From assembly GCA_004431415.1 (NCBI GenBank), contig QPMI01000553.1:291441-355440 (forward strand): a DNA stretch of 64,000 nucleotides. Direction: 5' to 3'. A model generated the notes under the pieces. That model had not been told where the DNA came from and ran no database searches. It saw nothing but the letters and a program-made list of their open reading frames with translations. Position numbers and translations under genes: made by a program. Positions 1-14,288 of the stretch are shown here, one piece after another; position 1 is the stretch's first letter; every line of letters begins with the position of its first letter. Source of the DNA: Cyanophora paradoxa CCMP329. Taxonomy: Eukaryota; Plantae; Glaucophyta.

Positions 1-599
1 TTAAAACTCCGCATTTTACTATGTGTCCCCTCCAGACGGGCGGCCACGGCGATACCTCCATGTTGAGGACCGACACGCCGAACCCATCATTCCCACCCTT
101 GGGCACGAAGTCGCGAACTTCAAACGGAAGCTTCACCAGCGCCGGATTGACACCGAAACCGCCTTGATTTGTCGGAATGTCGCTAGACGGATTGACACCG
201 AAACCGCGCTAGACAGTCCAAAGCTCGCGATTCGGCATTCGATGCGAGCTTACTTGGCGAGACGGCCCTGGGGCGCTTTGATGAGGGTGTTCAGCAGGTT
301 CGCGAGCGGGCTGTCTGACGCCTCCGTCTGCCCGGTGAGGCCCGTGGCAGCGGTGCCGACCCAGTCCGGACTCGAGATGGCGGCGGACAATTCCTTAGTG
401 GTCTGGTCGATTTTGCAGTGGCAACGTCAGATCCAATGTTACATATGTTATATACATATGATGCCAAAAGCGTCTTCAGGTGGATGTTAATGGAATGTGA
501 AAACGCACCTGTTCAAGGTAAACGCCGAGGTCGAGATCGACAAAGTCACATGGATCGAATTCCGGCTTGCAGTTCGACAGCTTCAGCATAAGCGTTGAA

Positions 600-3500
600 T
601 TAAGGAACCTGTTGCGGTTGCGCGCGGAAGTTGCGATTCAATGCGAGTGCCGAGAGCCGCGGCGTCGGCTCTGAACGCACGAACTGGAGACAGCGGATAG
701 GGCCGTGATGGCGTCGAGAATGCCTGCGAGGTCTGGGTACACTTCCTTTAGGCTTGCGGTGTTGTTGGCGAGATTCACGCGGCGTTGCGCAATTGTAGCG
801 GCCGAACAAATGTCATCAATCACTTTTTCCAAGTTCGAGGGCTTCACTGCATCAAAGTTTCAAAAGATTGTGATTTTGGTGTCCAATTGCAATATATATA
901 GCTTCCATCGAATTTCGTACCTGTGACTCCCTGGAGCTGGTCGGCGAAGGCAGCGACCGCGTCGGCCGTTGACGAAATCATCTCTGAATCGCTAATTTGA
1001 CCAGAGTTGTACAGTTCCTTGAGACTGTCAACAAAGTTATTGAAGCTCGAAATCGCCTCCGGATCCACCACCACCACTGGATCCAGCCCCCCGGCGCCCC
1101 CCGCTCCACCCGTTCCACCCGTTCCACCCGTTCCACCGGTTCCACCGGTTCCACCCGCTCCACCCGAGCTCGAGCTTCCTGGCTTCAATACCGTGACGTT
1201 GAAATAAACATCTGCGGAACCGGTGAGCTGCACGTTGAGCGCAGAAATTGCAAAGAAGTCAAATGAGTTCTAGTACCCGAGCAGCCGCAATCGTTTTCAG
1301 AGCAAATTGACGCTGTGAGCGTATGCATGCCAGCGGGAAGGGCGCCCGAGGAGAGGCTCATAATGTTGCTTTGTCCAGGCCTCACAAGAATCTTTTCTTT
1401 AAGCTGTGGAGCGGCGCGGAGGATGAGAGTGAGCATCGTATACGTATGCCCCGGGGCGCCCAGGTGTGCCTACCTTGAGCGAGTAGGAGAGCGGGAGGGC
1501 CTTCGCCAGGTTGAAGGGCGCCTTCCAGTCCGAGCACGTGACGGTGTAGCTCGTCTTGAACAAAACGCCCTCCGTCGGCGAGATCGCGCAGGTTCCTGGG
1601 TCGACAGACGCCGGAGGGCCGATGAGGCGGAAACTGGCCCGGTCTTCGACCGGGGCGTACAACGTGCCCGGCTTGTTAGGGTCCGGTGCGGTGACAGAGC
1701 AGCTGTGCGCACGACAAATCCACTTCAACGATATATTTGATTACGGGGTACCGAACATATCCAAAATTAAAACGTTTACGGACAACAACATAATCTTTGT
1801 CTGCAGGGACGAAATCCGTCAAGAAGTTTTATGAAAAGCCCAAGCATGCATGTGGTCAACATTTGCGCACAGTATTCGAAGGCGGGGCGGAGGTCTGGAG
1901 CGAAGACCAGCGTATCGTTCACCCGCGAGACGCTGCTGAAGTAGCTGTACACGCGCGACAGCTCAGAATATTCAGCCGGGATCGGTAACTGGAGCGGCGT
2001 GCACGCACGGGGACTTGTTCAGGTCGGCCAGGAAGGGCTCGCCGTTCGGGGCGGTCCAGGTCTGCGTTGCGACATTGGGGAAAGCTGCGTAGCCAGGGGA
2101 CGAAGAAGTGCAGCGGGCGATGATCGTCTGCTTGTAGCAGACGGTTTCGGCGGTTCCCGGGGGCGGAATGACTTCGATCTGCGTTTGCGCAGACCAGACG
2201 CCATCAGCTCTCTGAATCAGCACGTGCACGTTCAATCAGCGGGGATGCGATTACCTCCACCTTCACGCGCATTGTCACTTCCAGCGTGAGGGGCACGTCT
2301 GCACAGGAGCGCGGAGTGCGTGTCCATTAGCGAAGCAAGCTTAAGGACAGAAACCAGTTCATCTTTGGTGGTACCGGAGCAGCCGCAATCGTTGCTCGAG
2401 CAGATAGTCGCCGTGAGGTCGTACTTGCCCACGGAGAACTTGTAGGAGGGAACCATGGCATTACTTGTTCCGGGCGCCACAAGTACAGTATCATTCATCT
2501 GCACGGGAATTTTTAGAGAGGTCCCGGACACCTGCGGCGGGTTGGGCCTGATTGTAGCGCGCCTTGAGTGAGTAGGAGAGTGGCAGCGCGTTTGCGGCGT
2601 TGAAGGGCGGCTGCCAGTCAGAGCACGTGACAACGTAGACTGTCTCGTCCAATGACACATCCTTGGACAATATCGAGCAGGTGCCTGGGTTCAGAGACGC
2701 CGGTGAACCGATGATACGGAATCTGGCCGTGTCTGTGACAGCAGGAAGGTTCATGCCCAGTCTGACAGGGTCGGGAGCAGTGGCGGAGCAGCTCTGCGCA
2801 GGCAGGGCAGCACGTCATCAAGGAAAATCAACGAGAGGAGCCAAGGACGGATGAAATTTGCTGACAATATTGTACTCCTTGTCTGCGACGAACACGCGCA
2901 AGTTAAGGACGCGCAGGTTGAGATAACATAAAGACTACATTAACAAATCGATCAGCGCTCACTGATCTCGAAGGCCGGGCGAAGTTCCGGAGTGAACGTC
3001 AGAGACTCATCGACCCTTGAGACTGCCTTGAAGTACCTGCATGCGGTCGCGATCACGGAAAGAAATTAAAGCAAATGAAAGTCGACGGCGCGGCAACGGC
3101 AACGATCGCGGGGCATGCAGATGCACGCACGGGGAGTTCTTCAGGTCTGCCAGGATCGGCTCGCCGTTCGGGGCGGACCACGTCTGGACGGCGAGGGTCG
3201 GGTAGGCGTCGTAGGGGGAGGCCGACGACGTGCAGCGGGCGACGACGGTCTGCTTGTAGCAGAGCGTCTCGGAGGTTCCGGGGGGCGGCGAGACTGTGAC
3301 CTGTGTTTGCACAATTCACAGATCACCTCTCCGAATCAGCGTTCGAATCGGCCAGGCGGGGGTACATTTACCTCCAACTTGACTGTAAGTTTTGGGTGAA
3401 CAATGATGTTCAGCGGTACGTCTGCGTATTCGTACGGATCAGGCTCGCTATCTTAAATGTACACGCGATCCAAGCACGCTTCTTCACCAGAGCAGCCGCA

Positions 3501-6500
3501 GCCGTTGCTCGCGCAGATGGACGCCGTGAGATTTTGCTTGCCGAGGGAAAAGACATCGGGGCTCGGCGTCATAACGTTGCTCGCCCCGGCTGGCACCAGG
3601 ACCTTGCTTCCCGACTGCGGGGCTCTGAATTGAGCTTCGCGTTTTGAGAGATGGCCTAATGCGGCTTAGGTGCGCCGGTGGAGTCATTTAAGACTCTGCC
3701 CTGCCGGGCAAGCCTTGCCTGTACTGAGTGTCCTTTATATGAGCTCTAACCGTCTATAGGGCTCGAATGTGCAATCGTTTTGCAATTGGGCCCGCATACC
3801 TTGAGGGAGTAGGAGAGGGGGAGGGCCTTCGCGAGGTTGAAGGGCGGCTTCCAGTTGGAGCACGTGACGGTGAAGGCCGTCTCCAGGTACGTGCCCTCCG
3901 CCGGCGAGACTGTGAGATTTCACTTGCCAATTTGGAGGGCACTGGAGCTCGGCGTCATCACGTTGCTCGCCCCAGCAGGCACGAGGATCGTACTTCCCTG
4001 CTGCAAAGCCCCGAATTCAGCTTCGTGTTTAGACAGGGCTCGAGACGCAATCGTTTTGGGCCCGCATACCTTGAGGGAGTAGGAGAGGGGGAGGGCCTTC
4101 GCGAGGTTGAAGGGCGGCTTCCAGTTGGAGCACGTGATGGTGAAGGCCGTCTCCAGGTACGTGCCCTCCGCCGGCGAGACTGTGCAGGTGCCCGGATCTT
4201 GAGACGCCGGCGGCCCGATCAGACGGAAGGTTTTGGTATCCGTCGTCGTAGGGAAGCTCATGCCCCAATCGCTGGGGGCGGGCGCTGTCGCTGAGCAGGT
4301 CTGCCCAGTGGGGGCATCGTTAATATCGATGGTATCGAAGCGAAGAAAGGAAGAAGTACGGACCATAGTATAGAGTTTGTCTGTACAGAAGGCAAATAAA
4401 TAAACCTCAGCGTAAGAGTGCGCGTCGATCCGAAACAATGAGAGACATTATTTCAACTCACTGTATTCGAAGGGCGAGGCAGATCCCGAAGCGAACGTTA
4501 GGGAATCGTCCACCAGCGAGACCGCCTTGTAGTAACTGGCCGTGTGGTCGAGTAAGGGCAGACTTTGAATGCGCGCGCATGCAAATTCATTACGTATGCG
4601 CACGGCAAGGAGTTTTTGTCGAAGGCGAGAGCTTGCGACACGCCGTCCGACGCGGTCCAGTTTTGTGACGCGAATTTAGAATAATCCGGGTAGTTCGAGG
4701 AGGACGTGCAGCGGGCGACGAGGGTCTGGTCGGCGCAAACTTCTTCCAGGCCCCCTGGCGGCGTGACTGTGACCTGCGCACGCGTTTCAGGCACGCCGAA
4801 ATGCGTGCACGTGCGCTTCCAGCCCATTCTGGTAGATCGAGTCAGCCAGGACGGGTTGCATTTACCTCCAACTTGACTGTGTGTGATGGATTAACGGTGA
4901 TGCTCAGCGGGACGTCTGCGTATAAATACGAATCAGGATCGTACACGCGATTTAAGCAAGAGTCTTCATGATCACCAGAGCAGCCGCAGCCGTTGCTTGC
5001 GCAGATAGAGACCGTGAGATTTCGCTTGCCAATTTGGAGGGCACTGGAGCTCGGCGTCATCACGTTGCTCGCCCCAGCAGGCACGAGGATCGTACTTCCC
5101 TGCTGCAAAGCCCCGAATTCAGCTTCGTGTTTAGACAGGGCTCGAGACGCAATCGTTTTGGGCCCGCATACCTTGAGGGAGTAGGAGAGGGGGAGGGCCT
5201 TCGCGAGGTTGAAGGGCGGCTTCCAGTTGGAGCACGTGATGGTGAAGGCCGTCTCCAGGTACGTGCCCTCCGCCGGCGAGACTGTGCAGGTGCCCGGATC
5301 TTGAGACGCCGGCGGCCCGATCAGACGGAAGGATATTTTAGCCGAAGTAGCCGCAGGAATGTTAACGCTCCAATCTTGAGGATCGACCGCTGTCGCTGAG
5401 CAGTTCTGCACGGGTACCGGTGGTGGGTCCATTGGTGGTATCCGAAAACAACGTCGGACGAAGTACGGACCATAGTATAGAGTTTGTCTGTACAAAAAAG
5501 TACATGAAATGAATCTCAGCGTCAGCATCTACGTATATGCCCAAACCCATAAGCAAATTTTTCTCGACTCACTGTACTCGAAGGGCGGGGCAGATCCCGA
5601 AGCGAACGTTAGGGAATTGTCCACCAGCGAAACCTGCTTGTAGTAGCTGGCCATGTGGTCGAGTTATTGCAGATTAAAATGTACGCGCTCGCTAACTGAA
5701 CGCTCACGGGAAAGAGTTGCTGTCGAATACGAGATCTTTTGACACGCCGTCCGAAACCATCCACTTGTGTTGTGCATACCAGATATAGCCTAACCATTCC
5801 GGGTAGTTTACGGCAGAGGACGTGCAGCGAGCGACAAGGGTCTGGTCGGCGCAAACTTCTTCCAGGCCCCCTGGCGGCGTGACTGTGACCTGCGCACGCG
5901 TTTCAGGCACGCCGAAATGCGTGCGCGTGCGCTTCTTGCAGTTGATCATGATGATAACTATAGTTAGAAGAAGCGCACCTCCAGATTCGCTTCTTTCACG
6001 CTAGTGGGAGGCGGCACGGTGCAGTTTACGGCCTTGAAATCCCTGCTGCTCTCGCGGTATCCACCTGCGAGCGTGCACGGTCCCATTATCAGCCCTGAAT
6101 CGGTCATGTGCGAACCCAGACGTCGACGCGGTCTTACCAAAGCGATCTAGACCAGCTGCGTGCAGCTATGTACAGGGCCCATACAGAACCTACCCGGATT
6201 ACGAGGATGTTGTAGCCGTACGGCGTGAGACGCTCGGTCGCTTTGGTACCATCCGGATTCGTCCATTTGACCTTGTAGTCGATTCCAATCGGGTCAGGCT
6301 TGGGGGCTGCGCGCGTTGGAGTAATCGGATGTCATTCATGTTGAAGCAATCGCAATCGGCTGGGAAAACGAAAACAAAGCTTTCCGGACCGTGCCAGCGC
6401 TGGAAATCTGGAAATGTGAAAGGCTTCAACTGAGGACGCTCGCGAACTGTGCATGCGCAGCTGGAGTTGCGCACCTGTCCAGTTCTTCGCGCGAGATTCC

Positions 6501-9500
6501 GTGAGCACGTAAGCGAACTGGATGCTCAGCCCGTCCTTTCCGACCAGAAAAGCCGAGTGCCGCTTTGTCCAGTCGAACCAGAGCGTGAGGAGATCGTTGG
6601 CGATGTTCTCGTAGCCGATCGCTGTCTTTGCTGCGTCGAGTTTGACTTTGAAGGGATCGTTCAGGATCTCAGTGTTGGCGGGTCCCCAGCCGTTGGCAGT
6701 GTTCCAAGTATCAGGACTGAAACCGAGCCCCACCTGCGTTCTAGCATTGTGAAATCCCTGCTGACCTTCATCGTGGGCGAGCCTGCACAGGAATCAGCTT
6801 TCCCGATTCAACGAGAGCACGCGATTTGCGTACCCCACAAAGCAGCGGTCTTGATTGGTCATGAGTGGCGCACACATAAGCAGGTCAGAGCGAGCTCGAG
6901 GGTGCGAGTGCGTTACGGCATGAGGAAGGAATTACCGAAAAGCAGCCCCTTTGCGCCTATTGAAGCGACCGTGCCCTCGCCGTTGGCATTGTTCGGGTTT
7001 TTCGGTTGAGCGTAAACTTTGTTCTTTGTGACTGCAGGGATCAGAGCGAGAAGTACGTGAGACGAATGATCATGAATTCGGTGCTGTTCAATTTTGGCGG
7101 AGCTGACCGTGCATCTCTGCGCAGGCGAAATCAGCATTATCGGCTGCAGATGCCACTTTCAACCGTAGTCAGACGGCGATGCGCACCGCGCCGGGCTGGA
7201 TTCTGTTTCGTGCTTGCATAGCGGTTCCAGGCCGGGTCCAAACCAAATCCGGTTTCGCGCCATGTTCTCGAGGGCCCCCAGTGTATATATCGGGAGTCTC
7301 CGCGATCGAGACCCTCAGGGATTTGCGCGGTATCGTTAATTCCAGCCAGAGTCCCTGTTGCGCGAATTCAATGAATTGAAAGAGCCCAGAACGAGCGCCG
7401 ATGGCGCACCCTTTTGGTGATCGATGTCGGGGTCGATTTGACGGATGTAGTAATTGACTTTTTCGACGTCGAAGTTTTTCGGATTGTCGTTCCTGCGGAG
7501 GACTTGATATGAAACTTCTGAGCTCTCTACGGATCGAAGCTCACACGATTGTGTAATCGACGTAGATCTCTAAGTTGTCCCCGTCCTCTCGGAAGAAGTA
7601 TCTGAGCTTGAGTAAGATCCTCGAGCTCTCGATAAAAAGTAGAGCGCAGCACAAGTGAGGTCGGCGAGCGCAACGTGTGGGTATGCGTCATCATGCCACT
7701 GCCCATGTCGGTGAGAGATGATGGGATGACGTGCACCACCGTGATGCCGTCGTCCTCCACAGTAACGTTCTTGATACCGATCTTACGCCTGCCAGCAGCG
7801 TCTGTGTTCAGCCCCACGACCAGCTCAATGTCTCCGACGTAACTGTTCTGCGTAACCGGTCTGGAATATGTATAACAAAGCCGAAAAGCGAACGATTGTT
7901 CTACGATGTCAGCGCACGAAGTAAGGGCCGATTTGATTCGTCTTCACATTAAGACCACCTCGAAAGTTCGTTCCCCATCCTGAGCGGAAAGGCGTGAGCA
8001 GCGTGCTTGGGCAGCAATTGGCGCGCCCTCGCCTCGAGCAGATCTAGAGCTAGTAAGGCAGAGTATGCAATCATCATCAACTATAGGTTATATATGGTTA
8101 TCGTCAGGCTTTCAGCAGACTCGAGGTACCCTCGAGCAGACTCCAGGTAACCCTTTAGACTCCACAGGCTCCGGACTGCAGCAGATACCTTCGATTGCTT
8201 TTCCAGGCGTCTGGAGTTACCGAATTCGTATTTCGGAAACGAAACCGGTTTAGAGAATACGCATGCATCAGCTCGAAGGTAAGAATACGCACAATGAAGT
8301 CCTGCGTATTAAAAGTTGGATTCACGGATTCAATCGCACGCTGACAGATAACGGCGATTCATGGATGTGAACACGCACCCCGCAGTAGGCCATTTGCCTG
8401 CGAAGTTCACAAAAGCGATCAGGCTGACTTCAAGTTTGAATATTCTTGCAGACGCCGCACCTTCCCGTCCTGCAACCCTTTCCGGATTTGGAGCACCGAC
8501 CGTCCGCTTCGGGCTCCACGTCCTCGATGAAGTCATCGTACTCTTCGTGCGAGCGATAAGACGGCGGCCACGTGCACGCTCTCTAGTTCAAAAAAGTGTA
8601 CAGCTCACCAGGCCACGTGTTCCACTGCACGTGTTTCGATAGGACCAGGGAAAGAGCACTTCAGCGTTAGCGCTGCGCATAAAATAGATTGAAAAGTGGA
8701 AGGAACACGGTCACCCCGTCTTTGTCAATATCCACGAACAGTCCGTGAGCAGGTTGGCGATCATACGTCCAACCGAGCGGGTAGCCGTCCGGAATCGGAC
8801 CGACAGTGCCCAGCGATCCGGAGCGGGAATTGATGGCGGTCATGATATACTTTCCGACGACCATGTAGTCCACGTGGTCGAACTCGACTTGTCCCTTCGT
8901 CATTTTCCATGGCTGGAGGGGATAAGCACCGCGCTCCGGCACGGTAACGCCTGCGAGTAAAAAAAGTCATGATCAAGCGGCAGAGAAAAGATATCAACGC
9001 GAGACAGTTTCAGACCCATGTGTCCGCGGATTTCAAAAAGCGGGCTGCAGAGACAACGTCATCAGTTTTCATTGTAGGAAAACTCGTACTCCACAACTGA
9101 CCGGTATTCCCCGTGCTCGCCATTTACGCACAATCTTTCCAAGCCATGTATCAGAGGGTTTCTGTGAAGTTCAAAAGCAGCTGATCAAGCCTACCTTTCT
9201 TCGGTGCCCCAGGCTGTGGTCGCTGGATCGGCTGGCAATGGCTGCAGCATTCTTGCCCATAGAGATTGGATAGCATCTGTGTTGTACACCTCCACTTTTG
9301 GATACGAGTAGTAGAGCTCGCTGCGGCAGGTTAGCGAATCCGGAATAAAAGATAGCCAGAGATTGAATACCCCAGTGAGTGGCCCTGCGAATGCACGCAA
9401 TTGCAAGTTCAATTGCAAGTTAATCATGACATGCAACATCAAATATTAATCAATGAATCAATAAAAAAAGGAATCACCAGCCACCGAGGGTACTTGAGCA

Positions 9501-11717
9501 AGATTGTGTCAGAACACGGGAGGTGAGAGGGCGAAGTTGCGTTGCGATCACGAGAGCAGTGCTCACCGAACCACCTCCCGCGTACTTTCCGGACCTGCGA
9601 AATGCCTTTTCGAGAACTGTGCTCGGGCTTGGAAGCGGTTCGCCGGAAGGACTTGCAAGGTCGGTGACTCGTCTGATTTCGTACAGTTCGCGCTGGCTAG
9701 TCCACGCGTAAGCCTCAATCGATTGGGCTCCGAAACAGCACAGCAAACGAACCCCAAGTAATGCAACCGACCGCGGTCCGCGCCCCCCTTAGTTGGAGCA
9801 TGGTGCCGGTACCACGTGGGGTCGGCAAGCGACGTCATCTGAACGGAAGCTCGCGCGATGCCGGATTCCGGAAAGCGAAATGATGCTATAGTTGCAGGGG
9901 TAACCACGTACCGAGAAGCGAGCTGCAGCACGCATCAGTAAGGCCGCGTTCAGTGACGTCGAACGATAATATCAATTGCAAGATAGAGAACACGGAGCGC
10001 ACCCCCCGGTTCGACGCGCTTGATGCTGTATCCGCGGGGCAGTTCCCGTGAGCGGACTCTCGTTCACAATGAGTATCATTCAGAGACGCACCGGAGGCAC
10101 CACTGGAAATGCGATTGAACGAGTCATTAACAGATTGCGGCTCAAAACGCTCAAAGTTTGTCTGACCGCATAATTCAGGGTAATCGGCTGATTGCACTTC
10201 ACGTAAACATCGATAGTTTTCGACGTCGTGTCTGCGCTCGTGCATAAAACCACTCGCGGCAAGCTTGAAGTATATGTGTGGGCTGATTACTCGCCAATAT
10301 CGGCCTCAGTGATTGTAGCTTCCCCGCACGTGGCGAAGACCTCGAATTGCCCGACGCGAACTTTGTCCTTGGGAAATTTGTAAGCCCATAGCGTGTTTCC
10401 AGCGAGAAAGTTGATATGTTCATCAATCCTGGACCCCACGCTCATCGGAAAAGTAAATCCATCGCCCACATTCGACCGCACGAAATCAACCTGACAGCGT
10501 CGTCATTCCGTCAATGGCTCTCAAAGTCGATTCTCCAATCATAGGGATATTTGAAGGCACCCTATATGTGTGCGAGAAAGTCGCCGAGTTGTCGTAGCCC
10601 GAACTTGTGGACGCCCCCGGAAAATTTCTAACCCACAGGAATTCGAATTCAACGGGAAGCGCATGCGCATCGCTGAATTACGTGCATACGAGCAAAAAAT
10701 GACAGTAAGAAATACCTATACTTGTCCGGATGAAATGTTCTGCACGTGGGGCAAGTTTTGAGCTGAAGAGCGCATACCCATTATATGTTATGTATGTGAA
10801 GAAGCTCACGTAAAGTAGACACTAGTAGCGTTCATCGGCGTGTTCATATACTTTTGGCTGAATTCGAAGGGGCGTCACTCAGAGATGGGAGACTTTAAGA
10901 GACACGGTACGATTTACACACCACCAATACCACTCCTCTGCAGACCGCGGGACACGCATTAGGCGACACGCATATTCGGGGGTGCGGAACGCGAGTACGC
11001 ACTCATGGGCCCTCTGTGCGCGTTGAAGCCTCCGCCGCCTGTGATAGCGTTGGGTGCTGGATATTGCGACGTCAGGTCACCCGCCTTCCAGCAATTGATG
11101 TTCTCGAAGCCCTGCTGCCTGTTCGCATCCACGACACCAGGGGTACCGGGCGGCTCAAAGTAGTTGCCAGCTCGCTGGATATCTGATCGTGACCGTGAGG
11201 GATGCAACGTAGATTCCTGCAGCTGCTTCTTCGGAAGCTCTCATGATCAGTGCGCACGAATGTAAGGTAGAGAGTAATTTGTGGTCGTGACATCATTCCT
11301 TATAGTGGTTCCGTCCCAATTCTTCGGTAGGGGCAAGGAACCGGCGCCTCCCTTCGTGCCATCCCCCTTCACGTACGTCGTGAGGATGGGCTTGTCGCCA
11401 GGCTGCCCGTCGGAGAAGCGGATTCCGGGGCGACCCTGGATGCCGCTGCGACATCGATGCGCGAGCTTAGCTTCGGGATGCTACGCCTGGATACTAATTC
11501 CAGGGCCCGGGGCGCATGCGCACACGGGGCCCATGTCTCTAGCCGTGCGGGGGTCGTCCCCCGCCGCAGCATACGCGACGGATGCAGAGAGAACAAACGC
11601 CGAAGTCACGATCGCTATCGATATGGCGACCAGGACGACTGAGGCCGGGACCGGGGCCGGCCGCCGGCCGCCAGGGCGGATGATCGGGCGGGAGCTGGGC
11701 GCGCTCGAGCTCGCCAT
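600..11717 (-). CDS. Host multi-exon gene (or genes) for a large secreted/surface protein with repeated REJ/PKD-like modules; exon boundaries not resolved
   Basis: Short minus-strand coding blocks are broken by intron-like segments. The motif FRLIGPPAS-DPGTC-(I/V)SP-EG--T--T-TCS-W-PPFN-A-ALPLSYSLK, resembling REJ modules, recurs near 1.5, 2.6, 4.1 and 5.2 kb. There is a Gly/Thr repeat at ~1090-1165 and a hydrophobic signal-like N-terminus after the ATG at 11717. Linkage of all exons into one gene is inferred. Confidence 0.55.
3790..5935. repeat. Recent ~1.1-kb tandem intragenic duplication plus a partial third copy
   Basis: 3909-4230 is nearly identical to 5009-5331, including the intron. 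3790-3915 repeats 4060-4185. 4440-4815 is similar to 5545-5935. Confidence 0.85.
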
Positions 11718-12382
11718 GAGCTCGAGCGTGCGCGCCGGATTCCCGCGGCCGACGTAAATCTTCTGAGGCTCTACGCGTATACCGACCCAGCCGCGCTGCC
11801 TGGCTGATTCCGAATCCGGCGCGCGCGCGCACCGTGGCACGCGCCTACTAGGCTATAACTATCAGGCTATAGCTATACTATGCTGCTATAGCCTCTAGCA
11901 GAGTCCGACCGTCGGACGGTCACCGGCCCATGACACCGGGTGGTCCGGGTCTCAGGACTAACTGTCAGTAGTACCGGTAACTGCATGAGCCTCGGAGTCA
12001 GGCGGAGTCACTGGACCGGCCGCGGGAGCCTGAGGATCGGACCGGGGGTCCGGGAGTCCGGGAGGACCGGGACCCACTGGGCCAGGTTTACAAGTTAATT
12101 TCAAGTTCCCGACGGTTTAATTTCCGAACGCTACGAGTTATCATATGGGACTTATCACACATAGTATATAATTAGGCGCAGTTTCCGCCATACAAACCTT
12201 TTTCCTTGACTCAGTGAGTCAAGTCGATTGACTAAAACTTGAAACTCGGCCGAGTTTTTAGACTGGGAACACTTTTTTTTTAGCGGAACTTCAATATTTA
12301 ATATTTTAATGCTGCCGAACTTCGCTGAGCCCGGGCTCGAGTCGAACTTCCGAAGTGAGGCTACTAGCTGAGCTTCGGAAAC

Positions 12383-12512
12383 GCGGCCCCCGGGCCGGGG
12401 CCCCGGCCCCCGGCCCCCGGGCCGGGCCCCGCCGGGCCGGGCCCGGCCCCCGGCCGCGGCCGCGGGCCCCGGCCCCGGGCCCCGGGCCCCGGCCCCGGGG
12501 CGGCGGGCCGCG
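12383..12512. repeat. Almost pure G/C low-complexity tract (GGCCCC/GGGCC units)
   Basis: About 130 nt essentially without A or T. Confidence 0.9.
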
Positions 12513-14288
12513 CACTGCGGCACGCGGCGGCCGGCGCCCGAGCCTCGGAGGGCCGCGGCCCGCTGGGGCGCTGCCCAATCCTAAGATTCCTAACTATAGT
12601 AACTGTCAGTACGGTAGTATTTGTTTTTGGGTACGGTAGTAACTGCTACGTATATAGTATATACTATGAGATATATAAAAAAGTAAAGCCAGCCAGCCGC
12701 CAGTGCCCGCCACTGGCCCGCCAGCGGTTCGGCCGCCGCGCGTGAGTGGTCATTGGTGTTCATTAGGATTGGCCCGGCCGCCGAAACGGCGCCTAATTAT
12801 AAAACAAAATATTAAGGTCTGTGCTTTAATTATTATGTCGCCCCGAAATTATGTCGCCTCAGATAGATGTGAGATAACGACATAATTAATATTTGGTGCG
12901 GCAATGGTGCCGTGACACTGCCGTCATAGTAGGGCACGCGTATATACGTAGTGGTACCCCAACAAATTTACCGTCCCATACAAGCCTGAAAATTTCATGC
13001 CGACATAATTTGGGGACGTCATATTTCGCATAGATCGAGAAGGATCGGGTTTTAAAACGACATAAATTTGCATGACATAATATTGTGTTTTACGGTAGAT
13101 TCTGTCATTCGATTCTGATGTTCCAACGGTTTTTCGTACATTTGCGCACGATACGTATACGTACATTACTTTTAATTTCAAATAATTTGCAACGCTCACT
13201 GCAGCTGATTCGTCGCTTTCCGGCCTTCCGATAGGCCAGCCGCAAATTCCTGAAGTCCTGCGTAAAGACCGCTTTTGCAAACTTGAAAGTGAACCGTCCG
13301 ACGGTCAAGTCCCGACTCCCAACTCCCGAGTCCAGCCGAAGACTGGGCCCGAAGTGAGCTTTGCTTTTGCAAATCAAGCCAGCGGAGTTAGGTCGAGCTG
13401 CACCAAGCCAGACCAAGCCGCCCTGGCCGCTAGACCGGCGCTGGTACCGGTACCATAGTAACTGGCAAGCCGCTGGCAAGCCAGCTGAATTCTCAGGGCC
13501 GCCTAGCGGCTAGGGCCAGCCCCGGTGCAAGCTTTCGAAATTTTGGGCCAGCGCTAGCCCCAGTGCAAGCTTCTAGCCCCGACGGCCAGTGCCCTACGGT
13601 CCCTACCTATACTTGGTCCTATAATTAATCATATAAAGAAAGAAAATTTTCAAAAAAAAGTGTGCAACCGTTCGGCCGCGGGCATGCGCAATCGCACACT
13701 GCACGGAAACGATTTAGGCATTTTAATTGATGCATCAAGTGCCATCAATTGCAACTGGGGGTGCATCCGTGACACTGTGACAGAACGCTAAGAAACTACC
13801 CTTGAACTAGGGGTGGGGCTCGAGCCCAAATCGCCCGCTCGAGCCGAGCTCGAGCCGGGACCCCTCGAGCCGCGAACCGGCTCGAGCCGGCTCAAGGTGG
13901 GGGGTACACAGTCCTTACCCTATATAATATTCGATATATATAATAAAAAACTATATAAAATAGCCAGGTTCTCAAAGTCCCTACGCCCTGTCATAGCATG
14001 TGGGGCCTTCGACACAGATTTTCCCGAGGCGTAGGGGGTGGGGCTCTTGAGGGGTGGGTGTGGACCCGGGGGGATGTGGCATCAGGAACAAGTTGATGGA
14101 AAAAAAAGCATGAGTATCATTTCGAATCGATAATTAAGCAAGAAATTACGAAAGGGGGGGGGGGGGGGGAATCCAAATTCACGCTGTCGATGGGAATGGA
14201 ATCAGATCCTGCACTAGCTCTCGCGGACTGCACAAGCCCCGAGCTCTCGCGAACTGCACAAGCCCCGAGCTCTCGCGGACTGCACCCC

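Noticed and set aside
12155-12639. Pro/Gly/Arg-rich ORFs
   Set aside because: Translation of a pure G/C low-complexity tract.
12833-13085. MITE suggested by inverted AATTATGTCG motifs
   Set aside because: Short imperfect repeats with no clear termini or TSD.
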